64,000 nt of DNA from Nemertoderma westbladi (taxonomy: Eukaryota > Animalia > Xenacoelomorpha), in assembly GCA_032718475.1 (NCBI GenBank), contig JAUCBJ010008224.1, positions 1 through 64,000 of the forward strand, read 5' to 3'. Below, one piece after another: positions 1 to 9,742 of this stretch. The first letter of the stretch is position 1. Every line of letters starts with the position of its first letter. Below the pieces are notes generated by a model that was not told the DNA's origin, did no database searches, and saw nothing but the letters and a program-made list of their open reading frames with translations. Position numbers and translations under genes: made by a program.

Positions 1-1
1 G

Positions 2-391
2 AAATATAGATATTTAAAGGATGAAGGGAAGTCTATCCCGTTTGACCAGGTTATTTTACTTAGACCAAAATGTTATAGCTTTCGTGGGGGGTCAGTTCCA
101 AAACGTGTCGCTAAAGGCGTAGGAAAAATGGTTATAAAAAAGAAACTCTCCCACGAATCATATTTAAAAGTATATAACGAGGTTAACGAGCATTACGAAT
201 ACAGTCAAAGGTTTCAATCTAATTTACATAAAATATACACCGTTTCACAAAGAAAAAAATCGCTAACACTGTGGGAAGATAAAAGGTACTACACATCGAC
301 TAATGAAAGTCTACCTTACGGTCATTATAAAACACATTTGGATCGTAAAGCGCCTGCCCCTAAGCTTTATATGCCGCCCATTATAGAATAG
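2..391 (+). CDS. Protein-primed DNA polymerase B, C-terminal part (5'-truncated by window)
   Basis: Frame open from position 2: YLKDE..LLRPKCYS..RVAKGVGK..H.IYT..KKSL..EDKRY..SLPYGHY, the typical Polinton pPolB C-terminal motifs. Confidence 0.9.
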   Translation, partial: KYRYLKDEGKSIPFDQVILLRPKCYSFRGGSVPKRVAKGVGKMVIKKKLSHESYLKVYNEVNEHYEYSQRFQSNLHKIYTVSQRKKSLTLWEDKRYYTSTNESLPYGHYKTHLDRKAPAPKLYMPPIIE

Positions 392-400
392 TGGATTGCG

Positions 401-961
401 ATGTCTTTTAGTATTGTCAACAGTAATATAAGTTTGAGGTTGGGTGATGGGTGCATATCATTCGATGTGCTGGCTAAACGAATTCGAAATGGAAAACTCA
501 TCTTAAAGCCTTACCAATATATCGCCAAAATTTGCGGATGGACGTGTCTCTTTTTCCCGAGCGGTAAGGTCACTGTACTCGGTAAATCACCTAAAATAAA
601 AAAAATTATTAAGTATATATATAAGCATACTGATTATAAACTAACTTTTATTTCAATCAATAGCCAAACTTATATTATTAACAATCTAGACATAGACTAT
701 AGCAAATTAATGAAAACGGTTGGGTTTCATTTTTTAGATAATTATTATAATGTGGAGGTGAAATATGAGCCGGAGATATTTAATAATATTCTTGTGCAGT
801 TTTATCGTCGGGGTAAAACTAGTTCTAATATCATAACATTTTGCGTTTTTTACACACGAAATGTTGTGTGTATGGCAAGACCCGAGATATTTCGAGTATT
901 TTTTCCAAAGTTTTTGAATTTTATCGGTAATTTAGATAGTCATTTAGGTAGAAATATTTAA
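401..961 (+). CDS. TATA-box binding protein (TBP)-like protein, 186 aa, core domain only
   Basis: Two TBP-like repeats: IVNSNIS...TCLFFPSGKVTVLG (cf. TALIFSSGKMVCTG) and YEPEIFNNILVQF...FCVFYTRNVVCMAR (cf. YEPELFPGLIYR...LLIFVSGKVVLTGAK). Length fits a TBP saddle. Confidence 0.8.
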   Translation: MSFSIVNSNISLRLGDGCISFDVLAKRIRNGKLILKPYQYIAKICGWTCLFFPSGKVTVLGKSPKIKKIIKYIYKHTDYKLTFISINSQTYIINNLDIDYSKLMKTVGFHFLDNYYNVEVKYEPEIFNNILVQFYRRGKTSSNIITFCVFYTRNVVCMARPEIFRVFFPKFLNFIGNLDSHLGRNI

Positions 962-1650
962 TTTTTTCATTTTTTGGTGTCAGTTTTAGGTTTGTCCGGT
1001 GGGATCTCGTTAGGTTTTTAAATAAACGTGGATATTACCATTATTCACATTATATATATAACGTGTTTTATCGGTAGTCTTAGGTTGTCAAGGGTGCCGA
1101 TTTCATTTCTGATGTCAGTTTTAAATTTACATAAATCTAGTCTATCTGTCTTCGGTTTGTCAGTCTTTCTGTCAGTCAGCCAGTCTGTCAAAACTTAAAA
1201 AAGTTTGAATTTTATTAGTAATTTGGGTAGTAATATTTAATTAGAAATTTCATAAAAATTTTTCGAAAAATTAAAATGTTCGTTTTTGAAAAATTTAAAA
1301 ATTTTGAAAGTTTGCCCTTTAGGATCTCGTTTGGTTTTTAAATGCGGATATTATCATTGTTCCCTTGATATATATATATATATAATGTGTTTTATTGATG
1401 GTCTTGGGTTTTAGGGGGTGCCGATTTCATTTCCGATGTCAGTTTTTACATTTACATAAATCTAGTCTGTCTGTCTGTCGGTCTGTTAAAACTTAAAAAA
1501 GTTTGAATTTTATTAGTAATTTGGGTAGTAATATTTAATTAGAAATTTCATAAAATTTTTCGAAAAATTAAAAGTTTCATTTTTGAATAATTTCGAAATT
1601 TTGTAGGTTTGTCCTGTGGGATCTCGTTTGGTTTTTTAAACGTGGATTTG
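905..1650 (+). repeat. Degenerate ~300-320 bp tandem repeat (~2.4 copies) with GTCT microsatellite
   Basis: GGATCTCGTT.GGTTTTTAAA recurs at ~1002, ~1322 and ~1619. AAGTTTGAATTTTATTAGTAATTTGGGTAG recurs at ~1201 and ~1499, with a degenerate copy at ~908. Confidence 0.85.
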
Positions 1651-1820
1651 CGTTCTTAATTATTGATGTTAGGTTTTAAAGAGTGCCGGTTTCTATAATT
1701 GCTCGGTTTTATCGCGTGAAAAACCCCACCCACGCATATAATCGATACTATTTATAACGGTGGTGGTGTTTTATTACTTACTATTATTGTTCTCGTTTAT
1801 ATAAGTTATTAATATATGTA

Positions 1821-2282
1821 ATGAAATCACTCAAAGCTTTAATTAAACAATTTGACGGGGATTTAAAGTTCTTATCTAACGCCTCCCCCAACCGTAGAAA
1901 AACCTTCTTACGTGTCGGCGGAACCGACGAACTTATAAGTTTTCTAATTAATATTATTCTAAATGTATTAAATGGTAACGTAAAAATTCCTGAGCAAACA
2001 ATCGCGAGGTTAAAACGCCATAAAAAAACAATACGCGAGATCGCTAAAAAACCAAAAGCCAAGTATCCCATTCGAATTTATCGTAAACGATTGGTGCAAA
2101 GGGGCGGATTTATAAATCTACTAATCTCTGGTTTAATGAGTGGGCTTAACGCTTATCAGAAAATATCACCCATAATAACGGCTGTAAGAGGCAGAAAATT
2201 AGCCCAATCCCGCCGGGGGTATAGACCTACTACCTCTGGCACACGCGTCAACCGTCAAGTTTCTAGGTTTCCCATCTACTGA
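1821..2282 (+). CDS. Conserved small basic Polinton virion/core protein with adenain-type cleavage motif
   Basis: NVLNGNV.I...L.RHKK.IR.IA...LVQRGG/FINLL pattern conserved in Maverick small core proteins; Arg/Lys-rich. Confidence 0.75.
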   Translation: MKSLKALIKQFDGDLKFLSNASPNRRKTFLRVGGTDELISFLINIILNVLNGNVKIPEQTIARLKRHKKTIREIAKKPKAKYPIRIYRKRLVQRGGFINLLISGLMSGLNAYQKISPIITAVRGRKLAQSRRGYRPTTSGTRVNRQVSRFPIY

Positions 2283-2299
2283 GTGGCTACCTATCAACA

Positions 2300-3010
2300 A
2301 TGTCCCGAGAGCCGACGATATCGCGGGAACCAATCACATCATACGACGCCTCTTTCAAGATGGGTTCGGCCATGATTATTGCGGGTCCAAGTTCTTCCGG
2401 AAAAACAGTGTTGGTATCAAAAATTGTAAAAAATAAAAATTTAGTTTTTGATATAACCCCGAAGCGTGTATTATTCTTTTATGGCGCCACCCCACCAGAA
2501 TTCCCGGGTATAACACATCTATTCAAAGGTTTACCGCAAAAAATTAATTCTATTTTCCGCGAAAACGATCTAATTATTATAGACGACTTGTTAAGCGAAA
2601 GTAAGAGTGATGAGAGTTTGACAGAAAGCTTCACAAAAACCTGCCATCATACCTCCTGTTTCATTATCTATATAACACAAAATTTCTTCAGTAAAGGGGC
2701 GGAAACACGGACTAGAAGTCTAAATGCCCAATATTGTATTTTCACAAAAAATCCCCGCGACGCAAGTCAAATAAGCTATATAGCGCGGCAAGTGTACCCA
2801 AAAAATAGCAATTTTATTGTTCAAGCATATAGTGACGCCACACAAAAACCATTCACACACCTTCTCTTAGACTTTCATCAAAAAACGGATGATAGTATAA
2901 GAGTTAGGGGTGATATTTTCAACCCATTAGGGCAAACTGTTTATCAACCCGCGAATATGAACTCTAACACACCTCACCAACGCCCCGAGGCCCAGTCTAT
3001 ACCGCAGTAG
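2300..3010 (+). CDS. DNA packaging ATPase (FtsK-HerA/A32-like)
   Basis: Walker A GPSSSGKT, Walker B IIIDD, and ITQNFF / SLNAQY..FTKNPRD motifs. Confidence 0.93.
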   Translation: MSREPTISREPITSYDASFKMGSAMIIAGPSSSGKTVLVSKIVKNKNLVFDITPKRVLFFYGATPPEFPGITHLFKGLPQKINSIFRENDLIIIDDLLSESKSDESLTESFTKTCHHTSCFIIYITQNFFSKGAETRTRSLNAQYCIFTKNPRDASQISYIARQVYPKNSNFIVQAYSDATQKPFTHLLLDFHQKTDDSIRVRGDIFNPLGQTVYQPANMNSNTPHQRPEAQSIPQ

Positions 3011-3130
3011 CGACGCCGTGCTAAAACCATTTTCACACATTTTTAGACTTTCACCGAAATTAGGTTATTATCGGTCCATGAACGTGAACTCTAGTATATA
3101 GTATTAATATATTAATAATGATATATAACG

Positions 3131-3592
3131 ATGAAAAATAACGAGATTAGCCTTGGAAATTTTAAGAAGTTGTATCTAGTTTCTACTTTATTAACGGATA
3201 CTTATAATAATAATAATAAGAAAAGCAATAATATAATACAACCGCTAGATGGTGTGACAATTTCATCCCAGAAAGCCAAACGATTGTTGAGTTATTTGAT
3301 GCGATTCTCGCGAGACAGAGTGCGGTGGAACGATAATAATAAACTCTATATAGAAAATAAACTTATTCCCGGAGCAAATATTGATCATTTGATTGAATTG
3401 CTGACTACAAAAAAAAATAAGAAAAACACCGAAATAATTCCAGGACAAGCAACATTTTTGGGGTTATTAAAACGATTAAGGATACCAAAACGATTAATTG
3501 GTCGCGGTTGGTTGAAACGGCAAAGGGTCCGCGTGACCCCTTCCAACACAAAACGCGCCGACGCGTGGAAACAATACGTAGGACTACAATAA
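3131..3592 (+). CDS. Conserved Polinton hypothetical protein
   Basis: KAKRLL..L...WN...IPGANI..L...PG..TF...L....IP..LIG pattern recalled from Maverick ORFs next to the integrase. Confidence 0.65.
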   Translation: MKNNEISLGNFKKLYLVSTLLTDTYNNNNKKSNNIIQPLDGVTISSQKAKRLLSYLMRFSRDRVRWNDNNKLYIENKLIPGANIDHLIELLTTKKNKKNTEIIPGQATFLGLLKRLRIPKRLIGRGWLKRQRVRVTPSNTKRADAWKQYVGLQ

Positions 3593-3716
3593 ATCGACCT
3601 GTGGAAACAAAGCGCAGGATAACATTAAAATAGTAGTAGTAGTATGTTTTTTGAACGTTTCATATTAAGTATTAACTGTCATTGCAAGTGTTTTCTTCCA
3701 CGACACGACACAACCG

Positions 3717-4802
3717 ATGGGGAGAATCGTAGAAAATCGAACAAACAAACGACTGGGAAGAATATATTACGATGTTTCAAATGCTGCCGGTTTCGCGAGC
3801 GTAACCAAACTAGCGAAAGCCGCTAAAGTTACGAGAAATCGCGCAAAAGAATGGTTGAGCTCCCAACGAACGTATTCCCTACACGCGCCGGCTAGGCGCC
3901 ATTACCCGACATCAAAAATCTTCACGAGCGGTATTGGTGATCTATACCAAGCGGATTTGTGCGATATGCAACCTTTTAGGGGTGAGAATAATGGCTACGG
4001 TTACATACTTACTTGTATTGACTGTTTTAGTCGGAAGGCGTGGGCGTTGGGTCTAAAACGTAAAACAGGGGTCGAAATTAAAAGGGCCCTAGCCGCGATA
4101 TTTAAAGATAGAAAACCTAAACGGCTAGCGGTTGATCAAGGAACTGAGTTTGTTAATAAATTGGTGAAAGATTTCTTACTGAACAATAATGTTCATTTTT
4201 ATACTTTAGTTAGCCAATTTAAAGCTAGTATCTGTGAAAGGCTGAATCGCACCCTCAAATCTCGCATGTACAGAATTTTCACGAGGAAACAGAATAGAGA
4301 ATGGATGGGTATATTGCCAAAAATATTGGTTGCATATAATAATTCAATACATAGAACCATTGGTATGGCGCCAAACTCTGTCAATAAAAAGAATGAAACT
4401 GACCTATTTTTAAAACTATATGGGAGTGTGGGTCATCCCAATAAAAGAAAACGCCGTGCGCAGCGTCGAGTTCATTTCAAGGTTGGTGATAAGGTGCGGC
4501 TGAGTTTAGCTAGAAAGCCATTTGACAAAGGTTATACACCTAATTATACTGTAGAAATTTTCAAAATCTACAGAATAAGATTGGATCGAGAGCCGTACCC
4601 TATGTACGAAGTTGCGGACTCGAATGGGCGCGTTATAAAGGGGACATTTTATCGGCATGAAATCCAAAAGGTAATAGAACCATTTCAATTCCTACCAATT
4701 GAAAAAATAATTAAAGAAAAAGTAAATAAAAGCGGCAAAAAGCAATATTTGGTTAAATTTGTTGGTTTTGCGGCACATCGGTGGGTTGATCACGTACAAT
4801 AA
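3717..4802 (+). CDS. Retroviral-like (rve) integrase with C-terminal chromodomain-like region
   Basis: DDE triad QADLCDM / VDQGTEF / CERLNRTLK. C-terminal IEKIIKEK...QYLVKFVGF..RWV is chromo-like. Confidence 0.95.
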   Translation: MGRIVENRTNKRLGRIYYDVSNAAGFASVTKLAKAAKVTRNRAKEWLSSQRTYSLHAPARRHYPTSKIFTSGIGDLYQADLCDMQPFRGENNGYGYILTCIDCFSRKAWALGLKRKTGVEIKRALAAIFKDRKPKRLAVDQGTEFVNKLVKDFLLNNNVHFYTLVSQFKASICERLNRTLKSRMYRIFTRKQNREWMGILPKILVAYNNSIHRTIGMAPNSVNKKNETDLFLKLYGSVGHPNKRKRRAQRRVHFKVGDKVRLSLARKPFDKGYTPNYTVEIFKIYRIRLDREPYPMYEVADSNGRVIKGTFYRHEIQKVIEPFQFLPIEKIIKEKVNKSGKKQYLVKFVGFAAHRWVDHVQ

Positions 4803-4824
4803 TTAATTATATAATTATATTATT

Positions 4825-5709
4825 ATGGATTACTTACATTTAACGTTGACTTCCAACGCCAGTCTAGATAAATATCCTGATAACACTCCCAGCGATTTCA
4901 CGATTGAGTTGTCCAAACCTATCCCCGTCAGCACAGATTGGGTCGTGGGTCTAAAGGAAATACAGTATGTGTCGACCTATAGAAATATTGAACAAAGATC
5001 TGGAATTAGAATTGGTGAATATATGGTTGATGAGGATTTGGAATTTCATATAGCTCCATACAATCTTATAGAAATCGATTTTAATCTTGGTCTATATGCT
5101 TCTATTGAGTCAATTTTAAACCATATTAGTGTTTATTTGAAAAATCCCGCAATATCCCACCACGGTTTCAAAGATGTTAAGTTTAACTACCAAAAACATA
5201 CATCAAAAATTCGTCTACATTGTGAGAAAGGCCGCTGTTTCCAATTCTATGGAGATATAATAAATATTTTCGGGTTATCGAGTTTAAAAAATAATTTAAT
5301 GGGCCTTGGGGCGCTTTGGGCAATACACTATAACAAAGATGATGATTTATTGAACTTAGGCTGTAAAGATACAAACAAAGCGGATGGAGTTGAATTCCCC
5401 GAACCTTGCGATATAACGAGGGATAGACACACAATGTTTATATATACTGATATGATTGAATCTTCTCACGTAGGACATTCGATGGCGCCTCTTTTGCGGA
5501 TAATCCCTTTGAAATGGGAACCATACTCATTCATCAACCTGGAATTCAAAAACACACATTACAAACAATTAAGAAATAAAAAAGTGCTCGACACAATTAG
5601 TATAACGCTTCGCGACCATAAAGGAAAGCATATAGTCTTTCATGGGGGTAAAACAATTTTAGTTCTAGAACTCAAAAAACAACAACGGCGACAAAAACTA
5701 CAAGAATGA
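4825..5709 (+). CDS. Minor capsid protein (penton, PX) paralogue 1
   Basis: LTLTSNAS..YPDNT.SDF...L..PI and MFIYTDMIE...VG...APLLR...HY....I.I.LRD..G..I.F..G motifs. Confidence 0.88.
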   Translation: MDYLHLTLTSNASLDKYPDNTPSDFTIELSKPIPVSTDWVVGLKEIQYVSTYRNIEQRSGIRIGEYMVDEDLEFHIAPYNLIEIDFNLGLYASIESILNHISVYLKNPAISHHGFKDVKFNYQKHTSKIRLHCEKGRCFQFYGDIINIFGLSSLKNNLMGLGALWAIHYNKDDDLLNLGCKDTNKADGVEFPEPCDITRDRHTMFIYTDMIESSHVGHSMAPLLRIIPLKWEPYSFINLEFKNTHYKQLRNKKVLDTISITLRDHKGKHIVFHGGKTILVLELKKQQRRQKLQE

Positions 5710-6509
5710 ACAGTTATTACGTTGTACTACCCTCAAACGCAAACCCCATAGAATTCCCGCGTAATAGCGCCGCCGATTTCCAAACAAATTTGCAAATTCC
5801 TTTACCTTTCGCTAAAGGGCAATGGTTAATAGGTTTAACCGGTATAACGTACGTATCTAGTATCAGGTATGACAATAGCGACATTTATATAAAGGCCATA
5901 AAAAATAAAAAAATGTTTACAAGAGATGTTACTCTCCCCGAAGGATCTTTCCTATCATTGGAAAGGATCATTGAGTACTTCAACAAAAGCCTTATTAAAG
6001 GCCAAATTAATATAATTGATAATACAGCACGCTCTGGTAATATAACCATACATTTTAAAGGTAAACAGTTGTCGATATTTGTCAGTAAACGTTTGGGTGG
6101 TTACCTAGGATTAACAGAACACGAGGTTGATGGCAAAGGTTTTATGTGTGTGCAAAATGCTGCGGGGGATTATCACTTGCTAAGGATTGATTCGCGGAAT
6201 AATAAGTACGACTGCCATAAGCATCCTAATGCTGTCGAAATACTGGAACCCAACATAAATATACATATCAATTGCGTCGAACCTCAATTTGTAGACAATA
6301 GCGAATACCCTCTGTTGCGTAGCATACCCATAGAAGGGGAATATGGGCAAATTATTAGTCGTGAAGTTGAGGAAGTCTACTATAAAAAAGTTAATTCAAC
6401 ATCTAATTTACGTTATATACGAGTTCGATTGATTGGAGATTCCGGAAATTTGTTGCGCTTTCATTATGGAAATTCAATATTGACGCTTCATTTTATACGA
6501 ATTGATTGA
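5706..6509 (+). CDS. Minor capsid protein (penton, PX) paralogue 2
   Basis: YVVLPSNA...FP.N...DF...L..PL and VEPQFV....PLLR.I....YY..V...I.V.L....G....F..G...LTLHF. ATGA overlap with paralogue 1. Confidence 0.85.
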   Translation: MNSYYVVLPSNANPIEFPRNSAADFQTNLQIPLPFAKGQWLIGLTGITYVSSIRYDNSDIYIKAIKNKKMFTRDVTLPEGSFLSLERIIEYFNKSLIKGQINIIDNTARSGNITIHFKGKQLSIFVSKRLGGYLGLTEHEVDGKGFMCVQNAAGDYHLLRIDSRNNKYDCHKHPNAVEILEPNINIHINCVEPQFVDNSEYPLLRSIPIEGEYGQIISREVEEVYYKKVNSTSNLRYIRVRLIGDSGNLLRFHYGNSILTLHFIRID

Positions 6510-6583
6510 GATAGTCACAATTTAATCGATGTAAATTATTTATTATTTATTATTATCTGATTATCTGAAGTTATAGCGACTAT

Positions 6584-7180
6584 ATGGATAAATTTCTAAG
6601 TCGCAGCCGTGGGCGTGATTATTACCCGACGCTGGAAAACCCGGGAATAATAGTAGATTTCCAATATTATACGCATCTTCCGCAGATCGACCAACACCCC
6701 GTTGCAACCATTTATTTTAAAGAGTTTGCGGCTTATAATACTACCATCAAATCATTAGAAAACGTATGGTTTATTAATGGTCCACCTGCAAAAATTTTAA
6801 GTTTAAGCGAATACGACCGTCTCACACAACTCGCCAATATTACGCATCACATTAATTTTGACTACGGATTTATGGACCAAAGCGCATTTAAAATGTACAT
6901 ACAGGAATGGTTACAAGAAAAAAAACGGTTGGGGTTTCAAATATTAATACGCGGAATACCGAAATTATTTATTTTAAAAAATGAATTTAATGTGAATGGA
7001 ACACTTCTAGAAACGTACGGCATAAACGAAAAATATGTTGATTATGACACCAAATGCCTTTTTCACGATTTTTCGGCAATAACAAATTGTGCCTACCATT
7101 CTGATAATAGTGATTTTTGTTTTAATTATTGTTCTGCGAAACTCGCGGTTGGTTATGGGAAATGGTTGTCGTCGAATTAA
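6584..7180 (+). CDS. DEDD/RNase H-fold exonuclease-like accessory protein with Cys/His-rich C-terminus
   Basis: IIVDFQYY...FKEFAA...HHINFDYG...IRG..K...LE...C..H......CS resembles the Polinton-associated nuclease-like family. Confidence 0.55.
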   Translation: MDKFLSRSRGRDYYPTLENPGIIVDFQYYTHLPQIDQHPVATIYFKEFAAYNTTIKSLENVWFINGPPAKILSLSEYDRLTQLANITHHINFDYGFMDQSAFKMYIQEWLQEKKRLGFQILIRGIPKLFILKNEFNVNGTLLETYGINEKYVDYDTKCLFHDFSAITNCAYHSDNSDFCFNYCSAKLAVGYGKWLSSN

Positions 7181-7440
7181 TGTATATATAATTAATTATT
7201 GCGTTATTATATGCTACTTATATTTGTAGATTACACATATACGTATGTAGTAAAGAATTATTATTATATGTTATAATAAATACTCCAGCGAAACTCGCGG
7301 TTGGTTATGGAAAATGGTTGTCGTCGAATTAATGTATATATAATTAATTATTGTGTTATTATATGCTACTTATATTTGTAGATTACACATATACGTATGT
7401 AGTAAAGAATTATTATTATTATATGTTATAATAAATACTC
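7136..7440 (+). repeat. Near-perfect ~150-bp direct duplication of a gene 3' end and polyA signal
   Basis: GCGAAACTCGCGGTTGGTTATGG...AATAAATACTC at ~7136-7284 and ~7288-7440. Confidence 0.95.
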
Positions 7441-7446
7441 ATAATA

Positions 7447-7974
7447 ATGTCAGATTCTGATTTGTTTAAATTATATAGCACCCCACAAATCCAACTGGGA
7501 AGCGGGAATTATAGCGATATACCCGTTTTTAAGGGTGGAAGCATTCTCCCGGGGTTTGGCCCATCTACTGGTATATGGAATAATAAGAATAATAAATTCG
7601 GGCGGCGATACACCCAAAATCGCCAGCGCGGACGCGGAATATTAACAACTGGTCTGGGTATATTAGCCCGCAAGTTAGGGAGAAAGGTGCTAACTAAGGC
7701 ACTCCCCAAAGCAGCGAAAGTAGCACGGAAATACATAATACCGGAAGGAAAACGTATTTTACGCAGTAAAGCAGATGATTTGATAAATAAAGTGGCCGAG
7801 CGGTTAGAACCTCATCCAAAGACTCGCCAAATCGCCCAACGGGTATACAATGAATTTACAAACCCGAAAAGTAAAAAAAAGAGGAGCAGGAAACGACGAC
7901 ACCCAAGTGTGGGTATGAACGTTGGGCGCAAACGTAAAAAGCGAAATAATAAATGCCGCGATATTTTTATGTAA
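7447..7974 (+). CDS. Basic core/membrane-active virion protein (adenovirus pVII/pVI-like position)
   Basis: RQRGRG/IL cleavage-like site, amphipathic helix, Arg/Lys-rich tail ending in DIF, directly upstream of the capsid gene as in other Mavericks. Confidence 0.75.
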   Translation: MSDSDLFKLYSTPQIQLGSGNYSDIPVFKGGSILPGFGPSTGIWNNKNNKFGRRYTQNRQRGRGILTTGLGILARKLGRKVLTKALPKAAKVARKYIIPEGKRILRSKADDLINKVAERLEPHPKTRQIAQRVYNEFTNPKSKKKRSRKRRHPSVGMNVGRKRKKRNNKCRDIFM

Positions 7975-7983
7975 CTTAACAAA

Positions 7984-9234
7984 ATGAGTAAATTAGAATT
8001 ATCATTATTCTCAAGTAAAACAAATCAGCGAGAATATACATCTTCACATTTTTCGGATATCTACCCGATTTCTACTCTTGACGCGAATGCCCGACAAATC
8101 GAGTTCTTTATACCCCAGTCAAATGTTCTATATACTGATTTAAAGAATTCGAAATTTCACATTAAATATAAAATTACATGGGATGGTAATAGGGCTAACG
8201 ACGATACAACCCTCCACCATCTTAATTACCCGGGTGGGTCACTATTTGAAAATTGTTCGTTATATTTAAATGAAAAGCTAGTTGAAACCTCGAATGGGTT
8301 CTACGCCTATAAGTCTACGTTTCAGACATTACTGTTGACAGATGCTAACGAAAAACGCAGTATTTTAAGAGCTGGTGGGTATGAAGATACTGATAATAAT
8401 CTAGGTGGGGTACCTGTCGCTACTGAGAATGACGTTCGCGGGAATTATGTTAAATTCGTTGTGGCCCCAATTTTTTTAGACCTGGCAAGCCAGGACAAAT
8501 TACTGCCGCCGGGAATTAACATTCGACTTCGTATAGACCGAGTATCGAATAATTTTTTTTTGAAAGTTGAACCCCCCGCAGGATTGGTAAACCCAAGAGT
8601 TGAAATCATGAATATTAATTTAAAAATAAAACGCCACAAGATTGATGCCGAGGTTATGCGTGCGCATTTGTTGGGGTCACAAAAAGATGACTTTATTTAT
8701 AACTTGTTAAAACAAGAAGTGAAAACCTTCACTATTGGTGGCGGGCAGTCCAGTTATACAGAATCGAACATAATCCAAGGAAAATTACCTAAGTATATTT
8801 TGGTTGGAATGCTTACCAACGCCAGCTTCAACGGGGAATTAAGCAGTAATCCGCTACATTTTAACCATTTCGGTTTAAATTATGCCGAACTAAACATCGA
8901 CTCCCGTATTATACACGGATATCCATATCGCCCTAATTTTCTGGAAAACAATTTTATGTTGGAATTCGAAAGTTTAATGAACGTGTTCAAGAGCTTGAGT
9001 GGCGTATTTTGCTCGCTAACACCTGAACGGTTTCGTACCCAATTTCCTTTGATCGTATTCGATCTTACTGCGGGAGGCGACCAAAGCCATGAGATTCAAC
9101 CTAGTATTCATACAAGCGGGCATTTGATTCTGAAATTTAGTAATGCACTAGATAACACTATTAACGTTATATTAATGGCAAGCTATGACGCTCTTCTATC
9201 TATTTCGGAAGCCAAGGAAATAATAACTGAATAA
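7984..9234 (+). CDS. Major capsid protein (double jelly-roll, PY/hexon-like)
   Basis: SKLELSLF..Q...S....YPIS...IEF.IP...Y.DL, SLF....LYLN, QDKLLPPG..IR.R, LPK.I.VG...AS.NG..SNP..F.HF motifs; 416 aa. Confidence 0.92.
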   Translation: MSKLELSLFSSKTNQREYTSSHFSDIYPISTLDANARQIEFFIPQSNVLYTDLKNSKFHIKYKITWDGNRANDDTTLHHLNYPGGSLFENCSLYLNEKLVETSNGFYAYKSTFQTLLLTDANEKRSILRAGGYEDTDNNLGGVPVATENDVRGNYVKFVVAPIFLDLASQDKLLPPGINIRLRIDRVSNNFFLKVEPPAGLVNPRVEIMNINLKIKRHKIDAEVMRAHLLGSQKDDFIYNLLKQEVKTFTIGGGQSSYTESNIIQGKLPKYILVGMLTNASFNGELSSNPLHFNHFGLNYAELNIDSRIIHGYPYRPNFLENNFMLEFESLMNVFKSLSGVFCSLTPERFRTQFPLIVFDLTAGGDQSHEIQPSIHTSGHLILKFSNALDNTINVILMASYDALLSISEAKEIITE

Positions 9235-9286
9235 ATAAAGATCTCGCATAGTACAAAGTAAGCGAAGCCGCGCCGCCTGCGGATAC

Positions 9287-9742
9287 GTGCACGCTAAGAT
9301 GTTGGACTCTATACAATTAGCGAAATTCCCGGTGGGGCCCGAATACATTGGTGTTTACGCAATCGACCAATTACACCTAATACATGCAAAAAAAAAAAAT
9401 AAGCATAAACAAAATTATTCATTTATTATTAATAATCAACGTATAGGCCTACCAGGGCAACACTGGTCTTGCGTACGCGTGGTTAAGAGAATTGCTTATT
9501 ATTTAGATTCGTTTGGTAAAGCTCCTCCGCCAAAAATATCATATTGGTTGCATAAATATACCCAAAGGCATACTTGGAATCGTAAAATATTTCAAGCGCC
9601 GCAATCGACTCAGTGTGGTCTATTTTGTCTGTATTATTTAACCGAGGTGCCGAAAAATCCTGGAGCAATGAATATATTCACCTCTAATTTGCGGTACAAT
9701 GATTTATTGTCATTACTGTGGACACTTTCATTAATAAAATAA
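9287..9742 (+). CDS. Adenain-like cysteine maturation protease (probable ATG at 9299)
   Basis: Catalytic His (PGQHW), Asp (YLDSFG) and Gln/Cys (FQ...STQCGLFC). Confidence 0.92.
   Translation: MHAKMLDSIQLAKFPVGPEYIGVYAIDQLHLIHAKKKNKHKQNYSFIINNQRIGLPGQHWSCVRVVKRIAYYLDSFGKAPPPKISYWLHKYTQRHTWNRKIFQAPQSTQCGLFCLYYLTEVPKNPGAMNIFTSNLRYNDLLSLLWTLSLIK

Noticed and set aside
3631-3643. Internal (AGT)4 resembling a Maverick left terminus
   Set aside because: It lies between core genes, and the following sequence does not match the reverse complement of the right end beyond the first few bases.
1784-9668. Antisense ORFs overlapping Maverick genes
   Set aside because: Short shadows of well-supported + strand genes with no motifs.
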